A DNA stretch of 61,255 nucleotides, counting the filler, from Alphaproteobacteria bacterium (GTDB lineage: Bacteria > Pseudomonadota > Alphaproteobacteria > Caedimonadales > UBA9215): assembly GCA_024280495.1 (NCBI GenBank). It is 9 parts of 9 records of this genome, joined end to end, with 100 filler letters (N's around TTAATTAATTAA, not from the genome) between each part and the next. Parts side by side here need not be neighbours in the genome. Positions count along the whole stretch, not along the records: positions 44,779 to 57,592 come from JAJRPZ010000071.1; positions 57,693 to 61,255 come from JAJRPZ010000072.1; 7 more parts are not named here. One strand, given 5' to 3'. This document shows positions 50,302-59,634 of the stretch, one piece after another (within the stretch, counting starts at the first letter, position 1; each line of letters begins with the position of its first letter). The notes under the pieces were generated by a model, which was given only the letters and a program-made list of their open reading frames with translations, searched no databases and was not told the DNA's origin. A program made the position numbers and the translations under genes.

Positions 50302-51585
50302 CTAAGTTTTTGAAAGCTTGGGCACATCACTTTCTGTTTTTGGCGTAACCAATACAACAGCTGCACAATTGGTATAAACTGATGTTAATGTACGCATGGG
50401 ATCAATAATGGCATCAATGGCAATTATCAGCGGCATAATAGCACCAACGGGCAAATGAAGGGGAGTTAGCACAATAGACAACGCCACAAGAGTCAAAATT
50501 CCTGTTGCCCCCGCCGTGCTTAAGCCTGCTAATAACGACAATAGTCCAACAATAATAAATATAGAAAAAGTCATCTCTGTTTGATAAATTCCAGCAACAA
50601 AAACCGCAAGAAATGCAAAGTAAACGATATTACCAAAGCGCCCTAAAACTGCCCCTAAGGGCACTAATAATTTCGAGAGGCTTTTATCAATTTTGAACTC
50701 TTTCTCAAAAATATCAAGGATTGAGGGGATGGGCAAAATAGAAGATCTTGTCCCAAAAGCAATAATAATGGGGTCTTTCATCAAATGAATAACCTCAAAA
50801 AAACTGCGTTTTGTTTTAACCTGAATAATAATGGTACAGACAATAAAAATAACAAAAAATATAAAATAAATTTTCAAGATAAATCCACCCATCTGCACCA
50901 GCATATCAAAGCCGATGCGCCCTGCCCCACCTGCCATCAGGGCTATAATGGCAATGGGCAACCAAATAGTAATAGCCGAAATAATTTTTTTAAAAACAGA
51001 AAGGGTCGTCTCGAAAAAAGCCTCAATTTTTTTACGTTGAGGCGCCATCATATAAGCTGTTGCAATACCAAAAATAATGGAAAACAAAATAACCTGCAGC
51101 ATTTTACTTTCCGCAAGAGCATCAAAAATATTACGTGGTACCGATGCTTCAAGAAATTTAGAAACACTCCCTTTATCTGCAACAAAGACAGGCTGGGCTA
51201 TTTTGCGATCCACAAAGGAGGAAAATGTTGATATTTCTTTAATAGTAAGGCTTTCACTCTCAAGAAAATCAACGGCAGGATTCAAGACAATGGCCATTAA
51301 TGTTGCTAAAAAACTCACCAAAATGGTTATAGAAATCAGTACTCCAAGAATATTACCCAGCTTTATTTTTGGATGTTTAAAGGAAAAAAGGTTCGAAATA
51401 GACAGGATAACAGCACATACAATAATGGGAATTAAAGACATCTCCAAAAGTGACATAAATGCAAATCCAAAGGGCTCTAGCAAAAGACCAAGGCTTGGTG
51501 AATAAAACCCTATGCTTAAACCAATCAAGACAGTGGAGATAATCACAAAGGGATTTTGAAGAAAATAGACAATTTTTTGATACAA
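50302..51585 (-). CDS. Dicarboxylate/amino acid:cation symporter (DAACS)
   Basis: VPRNIF, LQVILFSIIFG, AFGTRSS and IDAIIDPMRT. Confidence 0.9.
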   Translation of the reverse strand: MYQKIVYFLQNPFVIISTVLIGLSIGFYSPSLGLLLEPFGFAFMSLLEMSLIPIIVCAVILSISNLFSFKHPKIKLGNILGVLISITILVSFLATLMAIVLNPAVDFLESESLTIKEISTFSSFVDRKIAQPVFVADKGSVSKFLEASVPRNIFDALAESKMLQVILFSIIFGIATAYMMAPQRKKIEAFFETTLSVFKKIISAITIWLPIAIIALMAGGAGRIGFDMLVQMGGFILKIYFIFFVIFIVCTIIIQVKTKRSFFEVIHLMKDPIIIAFGTRSSILPIPSILDIFEKEFKIDKSLSKLLVPLGAVLGRFGNIVYFAFLAVFVAGIYQTEMTFSIFIIVGLLSLLAGLSTAGATGILTLVALSIVLTPLHLPVGAIMPLIIAIDAIIDPMRTLTSVYTNCAAVVLVTPKTESDVPKLSKT

Positions 51586-51600
51586 AGTAACTTCCCAAAC

Positions 51601-52497
51601 TTATTTATAAACGTATTCTTTATAGCGTTCTATAGTTCCTGCCAACGTTTCTCCTTTATAGGCATACTTTAAAAAGAGGTTTATCCACTCTCTAAAATGT
51701 CGAGCTTCCTTATTAATAACCATCATCATAGGATCTCGTTCATCTTTCAAGTTCACCACCAACAAATGCAGAGACGCATCTTTTGTCAAAAACATAGCAC
51801 GGCGCACTTCAATTTCATCTCGAAAAGCTGCCCAGATCTCCCCTTTAATCAAACGAGGAATAATGTCGCCTTTCCAATTATTACTTCCATAAACTTGTGC
51901 CTTTGGAAAAACTCGTTCGGCAAATGCTTCATAGGAACTACCAGATAGGGCCCCGATAATGGCTTTTTCTTTCGAAAAAACATCCTTCACCGAAAGCCCT
52001 GGCCCCGCTTGCAGAAGCTTTATTCGATTAATTAAAATAGATTTTGTCATAGAAACATAGGGTTCTGAATAAAGAACATTTCGTGCCCGCACCAATGTGA
52101 GACTTATTTTCGAAATACCAATATCAGATTTATTATCCTGGACACGTTTTACGACGCCATTAAAGGTATTTTCACTGCGATCAAATTCAACTTTCACGCC
52201 TAATTGTTCTGCTATTTGATTGGCTAAAGTAACGTCCAAACCAATCAATTCACCTTTCTTAGAAATCATAAAAAAGGGTGGATGATCTTTTTTATGCATG
52301 GCAACACGTAATATACCACGCTTAAGAATACGTTTCATAAAAGACGCTGAGTTTTGACAGGCGTTCTCTTTTTTCTCTTTCAGTAATGACATCAGTTGCC
52401 CCCTGGTCAAAGCAGCATCAAAAGCCGTTACCTGAGAAACGTCCCAAATTAACAGAAAAAACAGAGAATAAACGAAGTAATGTTTCTTCAATTTCAA
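51601..52497 (-). CDS. Family 3 (amino acid) substrate-binding protein
   Basis: Signal peptide, GILRVAM, PPF, GLDVTLA and ISLTLVRA...YSEPY. Confidence 0.9.
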   Translation of the reverse strand: MKLKKHYFVYSLFFLLIWDVSQVTAFDAALTRGQLMSLLKEKKENACQNSASFMKRILKRGILRVAMHKKDHPPFFMISKKGELIGLDVTLANQIAEQLGVKVEFDRSENTFNGVVKRVQDNKSDIGISKISLTLVRARNVLYSEPYVSMTKSILINRIKLLQAGPGLSVKDVFSKEKAIIGALSGSSYEAFAERVFPKAQVYGSNNWKGDIIPRLIKGEIWAAFRDEIEVRRAMFLTKDASLHLLVVNLKDERDPMMMVINKEARHFREWINLFLKYAYKGETLAGTIERYKEYVYK

Positions 52498-52564
52498 CCT
52501 CCTTTTTTAATTATTATTAATGATTATGAGTTAATAAACAAGAAACAATCTTAAAGAAAGAAAT

Positions 52565-53359
52565 TCATTTATAAAAAATAGACTTATTCTGATCATTAAG
52601 GCGACGACGCATATAGAATATAAAACAAAAAACCCAAGCAATGGCCAATGAATACCAGGTAAAAATATACCCCAGATGTTGATTTCGAATTCTCACAACA
52701 AATGGTTCCTGGTGAGGGAATTTTTCAAAGGAAAGACCTTCAGTTACATGAGATACATAAAAAGGAAGGAGCGTAGGCCATTTTTTAGCCCCAGCAATTT
52801 CAAGGGGATCAACATCAAAAATTTCATTTTTACCATAGAGATTATCAGGGGTGTAGGGCGTGCGTCCCGAAATTGTTTTTAAGATACCCGCGAAGGTTAT
52901 TTCTTTTTGGGGGAGCTTGATGGCACGAGGGTCATTCTCCATAGGTACCCATCCTAAATCAACAAGAACAACCCCCCCAAAATTACATTTTAAAAGGGCC
53001 ATATAATGATAACCAAGTTTGCCATCGTGAGTTTGCATCAGCCACTTTAAATGTGTGTTTTTCTCAAAAACACCTTTAATTATCACGGGTTTATAATTAG
53101 CATTTTGTTTTTTTTCCATGATATTGTTCATCACTTCATCAAGGGGACGTGGTTTTTCTGACAAAGCTTTATCTACATTTGAGATAAGAATGTTTTTCTG
53201 CTCAAGACGTAAAACCTGCCACGTCCCAAGGTAAATAAGAATAGAAAATGTGATAATAAAAAAAACAGAAAAACTTCGAAATCCTGGTTGCAACAAAAGT
53301 TTTAGGTATGAAAAAACATCGGGATAACGTGGCGATGAAGAATGAAAAATTGTTGACAT
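52565..53359 (-). CDS. SURF1 family protein
   Basis: LGTWQVLRL, VDLGWVP and NQHLGYIFTWY. Confidence 0.93.
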   Translation of the reverse strand: MSTIFHSSSPRYPDVFSYLKLLLQPGFRSFSVFFIITFSILIYLGTWQVLRLEQKNILISNVDKALSEKPRPLDEVMNNIMEKKQNANYKPVIIKGVFEKNTHLKWLMQTHDGKLGYHYMALLKCNFGGVVLVDLGWVPMENDPRAIKLPQKEITFAGILKTISGRTPYTPDNLYGKNEIFDVDPLEIAGAKKWPTLLPFYVSHVTEGLSFEKFPHQEPFVVRIRNQHLGYIFTWYSLAIAWVFCFIFYMRRRLNDQNKSIFYK

Positions 53360-53561
53360 ATGGTTCGAATCAGCAAATAAAATAAATTATTAATAACTCA
53401 ACATTAACAGAACGCCACTTATTATTCAATCGGACAAAGAATATCTTTTTTCCTTGCGCTGAGGTATTTTTTTTGGTTTAAAGGGACTGTAGGTGTTAAT
53501 GACCTCAGATATTTTCATTTTAATTACTTTTATTTTGGAATAATCGACATTTACAATCAAT

Positions 53562-53648
53562 GCGGTCGTGGCGGAATTGGTAGACGCGCAGCGTTGAGGT
53601 CGCTGTGGGGGCAACCCTGTGGAAGTTCAAGTCTTCTCGACCGCACCA
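53562..53648 (+). tRNA. tRNA-Leu(GAG)
   Basis: CAGCG-TTGAGGT-CGCTG, variable arm and encoded CCA. Confidence 0.97.
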
Positions 53649-53695
53649 CCTTTTAAGACTTTTTGGTATATTTTCCTTTTTACTTTTTTTCACCA

Positions 53696-53725
53696 TTGAA
53701 TCCATTGATAAAACAATGGTATAAT
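53696..53725 (+). promoter_or_regulatory. Sigma70 promoter of ssrA
   Basis: TTGAAT-18nt-TATAAT. Confidence 0.6.
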
Positions 53726-53730
53726 AAGGT

Positions 53731-54110
53731 GTTACCTTCTGGTGACTATGGTGATAAACGCTTTATGTAATAGATGTTTTGGACCCGGGGGCGGTACCCG
53801 GCACCTCCACCATTTTTTTTGGTACCTTTTTTTGAATTATTTTTTGTTCTGATAATATACCAAAACTTATGGGGGTGAAATAGGATCGACATGCATTCAA
53901 AGATTTAGTTTTTACCCGGCATTGTACCACCGTATCGGGCTATTATAAATAAATGCAAAATCTTATGATGCATTAGTTGTAAACGCAACTGCCAGCTTGG
54001 CTACTAGTCAAGATCTAGCACCTGCTTATGAAACTGCTCGCGCAGCTTAGTAAGTTTGTAGCTTTACTTCGCGGTTCGAGGGGCACCGGGCAACAGAAGC
54101 CCCCTCACCC
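53731..54110 (+). ncRNA. ssrA: Circularly permuted two-piece tmRNA: acceptor piece ends CCA at 53812, intervening segment 53813-53870, coding piece starts at 53871
   Basis: GGACCCGGGGGCGGTACCCGGCACCTCCACCA precedes GGGGGTGAAATAGGATCGAC; acceptor stem has G3.U70; the tag frame ends ARAA TAG TAA; outer ends are approximate. Confidence 0.93.
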
Positions 54111-54149
54111 GTCTTTTCAAAAACTCTTGATTAAATACTCTTCCTCCTC

Positions 54150-54246
54150 TCTATTAAAAAATTTCAATACTGAGTAGGCCTGCATCTATAACTTATAGGT
54201 GCGGAAGTGATTGACGACGCATGGAACCTTTTTCGGAATAGCTATA
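54150..54246 (+). repeat. Palindromic repeat family B copy (right half well conserved); supplies the rpiB stop codon
   Basis: CTATAACTTATAGG...AGTGATTGACGACG...GGAACCTTTTTCGGAATAGCTATA; left boundary approximate. Confidence 0.8.
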
Positions 54247-54733
54247 ATTTAGAAACTCTTTGTTTGTGACGACTTCCTTTTGGGAGGTCGCCTTCAAAAT
54301 TTGTTTTTAAAAATATATTTATACTTTTTTTGACATCATCGAGGCTCAGGAACCTTGCTCCAAGGCATAAAACATTTGCATTATTATGACGACGTGAAAG
54401 GGATAATTTTTCAAGACCTTTTTCAGTAGGTGCTTCAGCCACGACAGCCCTTATCCAGGGGTGACGATTGGCTGCAATGCTCATTCCGATACCCGTTCCA
54501 CAAATTAGAATACCGGAAGAATCCTTGCCTAATTCTTTCATTTCAAAGGAAAGTTTATCTGCGTAATCTGGGTAATCTACAGACGTATTGGTATCAGTGC
54601 CTAAGTTTTTCAAATGGGCACCTAGGCTTTTGATATATTGAGATATCTCATTCTTAAGATCAATGGCAGTATGATCATTAGCAATAAATACCATTTTCTT
54701 AGTGAGGTCAATTGCCATGGTTAAAGACTCCAT
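54242..54733 (-). CDS. rpiB: Ribose-5-phosphate isomerase B (start may be 54718)
   Basis: DH, SVDYPDYA, GILICGTGIGMSIAANR and HNNANVLCLG. Confidence 0.95.
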   Translation of the reverse strand: MESLTMAIDLTKKMVFIANDHTAIDLKNEISQYIKSLGAHLKNLGTDTNTSVDYPDYADKLSFEMKELGKDSSGILICGTGIGMSIAANRHPWIRAVVAEAPTEKGLEKLSLSRRHNNANVLCLGARFLSLDDVKKSINIFLKTNFEGDLPKGSRHKQRVSKL

Positions 54734-54761
54734 CGAAGAAGTTTAATAAGCGAAGGAAAGG

Positions 54762-54838
54762 TGGTGGGCCCGGTAGGACTCGAACCTACGACGTCACCGT
54801 TATGAGCGGCGTGTTCTAACCAACTGAACTACAGGCCC
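54762..54838 (-). tRNA. tRNA with CAT anticodon, most likely tRNA-Ile2 (lysidine)
   Basis: GGGCCTGTAGTTCAG...CTCATAA...GGGCCCACCA; G1-C72 is paired (not initiator); C4-G69 and C5-G68 are TilS determinants. Confidence 0.88.
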
Positions 54839-55014
54839 TTTCCCCTATAAGATGCTATTTTTTAGAGGGAAGGTCAAGTGAGAATTGAAAGTCATAATAA
54901 TGACAATGTAACGCTTTTCAAATAAGAAAAAAGAAAGACTTTACTTGCATTCTAATTTTATATGGATTATACATGTTGAAAATATCGTAGTTTTTGATGG
55001 AAGTGAAATTCAAT

Positions 55015-56463
55015 ATGAATATTAAAAAAAAATCAATATTATCCCTAGTAGCACTCTCTATTTCATTGGGAAATGTCCATTCATCCTCTCATAATGAGAT
55101 TACTTATGTTCAGGAAATAAATGAATATGAAAACAATATCCTGACACCAGAAGTTTTTTTTCCAGAAATTGAAAACTTAAGAATGGACTTAAGGAAGGCG
55201 TTTTTAGAAACATCCTCTAAAAGATCTGTTAATATTTATGGATATAAATTTCAAAAGAATGGTGAAATTGAGGAGGGGACTTACCAAACTTTTTTACCTC
55301 TCTTGGATCATGATCCTTTGCAAAATAGCCGCCATTTGATTACTTATGATTCTGAGGTTAATTTTGGTTTCTTTAGATATAAAAGTTATACTTTTCCACG
55401 AGCTCACCTACCTCTCTATTTTGATCCAGAAACACCTCAAAATCAGGAGATAGAAGCATTTATTATGATGCCTTCTGAAATCCCAGAAGGCGGCTGCCCT
55501 CTAACGGTTATTATGCACGGTAGTTTTGGGGCAGATAATCAACATCTTTATATTGCTTCGGAAATCGTAAAAGGAGGTCGTGCCGTCATTTTACCACGCT
55601 CTTTTTTCTCAAGAAAGATTATCGAAGTTGCAACGAATCAAACTATTTTAACGCCCATTAGTCAGATAATGGATGTGATAAAAGGTATTGAATTTGCGTG
55701 TGACTCCTATGACATAAACAAACGAGATGTAAATCTTGTAGGTTTTTCACGCGGCGGAGATATCGTTAATTTCTTATCTTTGAAGAAATTTTCAATTTTA
55801 CTCTCAGAAGACGTGACTATTTCACAAATCATACCAGTTTATTGCAGTAATGTTTTCCAACCTAATAATCAGAGTCATTTTAATCAAATACCTGTCACTT
55901 ATATTCATGGTATTTTTGACAATTACACACCACCAAAAAATATCTTTTCTGCACTTTTAAATGCGTCGGAAGAAAGAGACGTTGATTTAGTTATGATTAA
56001 TGATGCCTATCATGGGTTTATTCCGACTACTTTAGAATCTGCAGATGAAGCCACTCTGTATCCCACCCCAGAGATAATGAAGTTTGATGGAATTATTTTC
56101 TTTGATCCAGAACAATTAGAGCCTATTAAGTTCAATGGTTTTTTAAGCTCAAAAAAGCCTGAGCTCCTTTTTTGGAATAAAGAAAATGTAACAGAAGAAA
56201 TGATAAACTCTTTTGGTTATGATAAAGCCACTAATTATACAGATATTCTCAATGAGTATGGAGAAAAATACTATGCAGTTTGTGGAGGTCCTTGGAAAGA
56301 CGGTGTCAATACAATAATAGATCTAGTACATTCTGATGAAGATAATAGAAAAGAAATAATAGAAGTTGCCAGTAAACGTGAAGCTTTAAAAGTTCTGATT
56401 ATTGAGACGGCAGATTCAACTCTGAAGTGCAATTCCTTCGGTGCTATAATCGGCACTGAATAA
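55015..56463 (+). CDS. Secreted alpha/beta hydrolase (dienelactone hydrolase-like), C-terminus replaced by IS30 sequence
   Basis: Signal peptide, MHGSFG, GFSRGG nucleophile, HG..DNYT and AYHGF. Confidence 0.78.
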   Translation: MNIKKKSILSLVALSISLGNVHSSSHNEITYVQEINEYENNILTPEVFFPEIENLRMDLRKAFLETSSKRSVNIYGYKFQKNGEIEEGTYQTFLPLLDHDPLQNSRHLITYDSEVNFGFFRYKSYTFPRAHLPLYFDPETPQNQEIEAFIMMPSEIPEGGCPLTVIMHGSFGADNQHLYIASEIVKGGRAVILPRSFFSRKIIEVATNQTILTPISQIMDVIKGIEFACDSYDINKRDVNLVGFSRGGDIVNFLSLKKFSILLSEDVTISQIIPVYCSNVFQPNNQSHFNQIPVTYIHGIFDNYTPPKNIFSALLNASEERDVDLVMINDAYHGFIPTTLESADEATLYPTPEIMKFDGIIFFDPEQLEPIKFNGFLSSKKPELLFWNKENVTEEMINSFGYDKATNYTDILNEYGEKYYAVCGGPWKDGVNTIIDLVHSDEDNRKEIIEVASKREALKVLIIETADSTLKCNSFGAIIGTE

Positions 56464-57322
56464 ACAAACGACAGCAAAAGGAATTGCCATGTCAAAATAC
56501 ACTCATCTAAATCTTGATGAAAGGTTATTATTGTCTTTTTACAAGGATCAAGGTCTTTTCCAAAATGAGATTTCCCGCCTAATGAAGCGTTCTGAGTCAA
56601 CGATTTCTCGAGAACTAAAGCGTAACTCCAATCAAACAGGCTATGTAGGTCCGACGGCTCAAAAGAGATCTCTAGCCAGATGTTCCAAGGCCTCTAAGAT
56701 TGACAAGAACCCACTTCTTAGGCAATTCATCATTGAAAAATTACAGGAAAATTGGACGCCAGAACAAATTTCAGGTCGCCTCAGGGCATTTCCAGAAAAA
56801 GATATCCCCTATGTGAATCATGAATCAATCTATCAATGGCTCTATAAACCCGCACAGAAAAAAAGGCACCTACACAAACTCTTACCTCAAGCACATAGCA
56901 AGCGTGGCAGACGATTACGCGTCAATCGGCCAAAAATTCCAAACAGAGTTTCTATTCACGAACGCCCTGAAAACATTTCTAAGAGAGATGAGGTGGGACA
57001 TTGGGAGGCTGATTTGATGAGCTGCATCAGAGGTTCTCAGCATTTGCTCGTTTTAGTGGAGCGTAAAACCCTTTATGGAATTGTAGTCAGATTGGACTCA
57101 AAAACGGCGATTCATACCATTGAAACCATTAAGAAAATTATGCTGACTCTTCCAGACGAATTGAAAAAGTCTATGACATTTGATAATGGTGGCGAGTTCA
57201 CCAATCATCAGGAACTTGTTGATAATATGGGAATGAGAACCTACTTCTGTGATCCGTATGCCTCATGGCAAAAGGGATCTGTCGAAAATACAAATGGCAG
57301 GTTAAGGAGAGACTTCCCAAAA
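56409..57322 (+). mobile_element. IS30-family element (left IR 56409-56432; transposase from 56489), 3' truncated
   Basis: YTHLNLDER, STISRELKRN, WTPEQISGRL, GHWEADL, TFDNGGEF and WQKGSVENTNG; stops at DFPK without the LN.RPR tail. Confidence 0.93.
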
Positions 57323-57592
57323 AACGCATAAAAGAAAGGCGATCACGGATTTGGAATTCGGTTTGGTCGTCAGAAAGATTGTAAAAGCTTTGCAAAATCA
57401 AGATCTTAAACATCAGGACAGAATCATATGCGGGGCGCCCTGTGGCTTGCTTTGAGGGGTCTAGACGTGCCTTTTCAAGGAGAGATCTAAAACTTTCCCA
57501 CGGCACGAGGTCTTTTATCTTCAGGAATGGATCACCACAAGAAGAGAGACTCTCTAATCGACTTGAAATATCAAAAAAACCATACTGAGACA
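57315..57592 (-). mobile_element. IS5-family transposase 5' fragment
   Basis: SQYGFFD...GDP...VPWESFR...GRPAYDSVLMFKILILQSFYNLSDDQTEFQIRDRLSFMRFLG. Confidence 0.9.
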
Positions 57593-57692
57593 NNNNNNNN
57601 NNNNNNNNNNNNNNNNNNNNNNNNNNNNNNNNNNNNTTAATTAATTAANNNNNNNNNNNNNNNNNNNNNNNNNNNNNNNNNNNNNNNNNNNN

Positions 57693-57813
57693 AAGATCGA
57701 AATGTTACTCAACACAAGACCAAGACGCATCCTTAATTTTAAAACGCCAACTGAAGTGTTTTACGAAGACCAGACCAAAAACTCAAATGACGCACTTCAC
57801 ATGTGAAGGGGCC
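57693..57813 (+). mobile_element. IS30-family right end
   Basis: Same sequence as 29322-29434. Confidence 0.9.
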
Positions 57814-57819
57814 TTATAT

Positions 57820-58374
57820 TTATTTGGAAAAATTATGAATAACACTATCCATATCCGCTGGTTTTTCAACGGAAGATAAGGCAGCATCTAACTCGCTTTG
57901 TTTACAAATGCCAAGGACAACGGGACAGCGTGGTTTGATGGTTGCTGAATTTCTATGGGTGCGATTTTTAATAGCTTCGACGGTTTTTGCCGTTGTTCCA
58001 ATCAATTTCATAATATGTTTGATGGTTAACTGCGGATGGTTTTTCAAAAGCCAAGCGATGGTATCTGGACGTTCACTACGTTTTGAAACAGGCGTGTATT
58101 TACGGCTGGCCTTTCGAGGAGGGAGATGGTTTTTTTGAGCCATCATTTGAAGAGATGCCTCTGAATCAGCCTCGCAACGTTTAATTTCTTCGACCGTCAA
58201 CTGTTGATTCACAATGGGATCAAATGGCACAACCGGTACATACAACTCACCATCAGCAATGGTTTGAACTTCGAGGATATGAATACCACTAAAAGTAGCA
58301 ATTTGCTCAAAGGTAAGCATTGTATTATCAATCAACCAAAGAGCCGTTGCCTTAGGCATAAGGGGAGCTGTCAT
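57820..58374 (-). CDS. trcR: DUF1013 family cell-cycle transcriptional regulator TrcR
   Basis: PLMPKATALWLIDNT.LTFEQIA, YTPVSKR and KLIGTT. Confidence 0.9.
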   Translation of the reverse strand: MTAPLMPKATALWLIDNTMLTFEQIATFSGIHILEVQTIADGELYVPVVPFDPIVNQQLTVEEIKRCEADSEASLQMMAQKNHLPPRKASRKYTPVSKRSERPDTIAWLLKNHPQLTIKHIMKLIGTTAKTVEAIKNRTHRNSATIKPRCPVVLGICKQSELDAALSSVEKPADMDSVIHNFSK

Positions 58375-58458
58375 TAAACAAACCTTTTTAAACTATATTT
58401 ATAGATGATTATATTTACTAATAATCTCTCTCTTACATATATGCAAGTCTTAAGTTTT

Positions 58459-59634
58459 TCATAGGAATTTTAGAGCGAGAGTTATAGTCATAACAATACC
58501 AAAAACGTAACCTGAAAACTGGGGTCTTTTTTGAAAAAACATTGTTTTACGGGATAAAATAGACAAAATAGTGTAGGCGATTAGGGCTGGATACACCAAC
58601 ACCAGTACAAAGGAAATCCAAGAGGCTAGCTCTGAAAAACCCATGAGTGATAATGCATAAGCTAGAACTACTGTCAGTATAAGAATAGAAGGGCGCGGCA
58701 CAGTTCTTCCAAGGATGTTTTTACAAAGGTCATCCTGAATAAAGTCCGTAAAAATAGAGGCTAAAATACCAGCCGTTGTCAGGCATGCGAGACCAATAAT
58801 ATTTGCAGCGAGAGGTAGCGCATAAGCACCTAAAGAAAATTGTGCAATGCTCACTAACATCTTTTCAGGGGGAATACCCATTAATTGCGGAGAGAATTTT
58901 GCGCCTAGCATTACAAATCCTATATAGACAAAGGACAGCAAAAACCCACCCATACAACAGGCCGTTAAACTCAATTTTTCAAGATTTTTCTTATGCTCAT
59001 GACCAACAAGGGCTTTGGCAATAAAAGCGACGGTTGTCGCTGAAAAGAAAAAAGCTGCTAGCAAATCCATGGTTTGATACCCTTGATCAAGGCCCAGAAA
59101 AAAAGCTTTTTTTGTGGAAAGATCGGTTTTTAAGACGTCTGGTCCAACACTTAAACCAACACCAATAATAAGAAGGATACCACCTAATAATAAGGGCGTT
59201 AAATAGGTACCTATTATTTCAATAATACGTGTTTTTTTCCAAGCAAGTGCCAAGGTAGCCACTAAAAAGAAAGCATTGAAAATAACGGGAGATGTTTCAG
59301 GTGAAATAAGAGAGAAACCGCCATGGGCAACAAGGGCGCACCTTGGTACAACGGCAAATGGCCCTAAAAGACTCAGCATAAAAAGAGTTATGATGAAAGC
59401 AACGGGTTTTCCAAGGGCAGAGAAGAAATGGGGGCGATTGCCACTAAAGTACAACATGCCCACAAGACCTAAAAAAGGAACAAAAACACCCGTAAACAAT
59501 AACCCCACAGCTGCCATATGAAAGGCACTTTGGGTTTGGGCACCAACCATCAATGGGAATACTAAATTTCCCGATCCAAAAAACATGGAAAACATGGCAA
59601 AGCCTGCGGTTAAAACGAGAGCTGCATATGACAT
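58459..59634 (-). CDS. brnQ: Branched-chain amino acid:cation symporter, copy 2
   Basis: FSMFFGSGNLVFP, GYQTMDLLAAFFF and LACLTT. Confidence 0.93.
   Translation of the reverse strand: MSYAALVLTAGFAMFSMFFGSGNLVFPLMVGAQTQSAFHMAAVGLLFTGVFVPFLGLVGMLYFSGNRPHFFSALGKPVAFIITLFMLSLLGPFAVVPRCALVAHGGFSLISPETSPVIFNAFFLVATLALAWKKTRIIEIIGTYLTPLLLGGILLIIGVGLSVGPDVLKTDLSTKKAFFLGLDQGYQTMDLLAAFFFSATTVAFIAKALVGHEHKKNLEKLSLTACCMGGFLLSFVYIGFVMLGAKFSPQLMGIPPEKMLVSIAQFSLGAYALPLAANIIGLACLTTAGILASIFTDFIQDDLCKNILGRTVPRPSILILTVVLAYALSLMGFSELASWISFVLVLVYPALIAYTILSILSRKTMFFQKRPQFSGYVFGIVMTITLALKFL

Noticed and set aside
54762..54838. Initiator tRNA-fMet
   Set aside because: G1-C72 is paired and the anticodon stem lacks the three consecutive G-C pairs (GGG/CCC)
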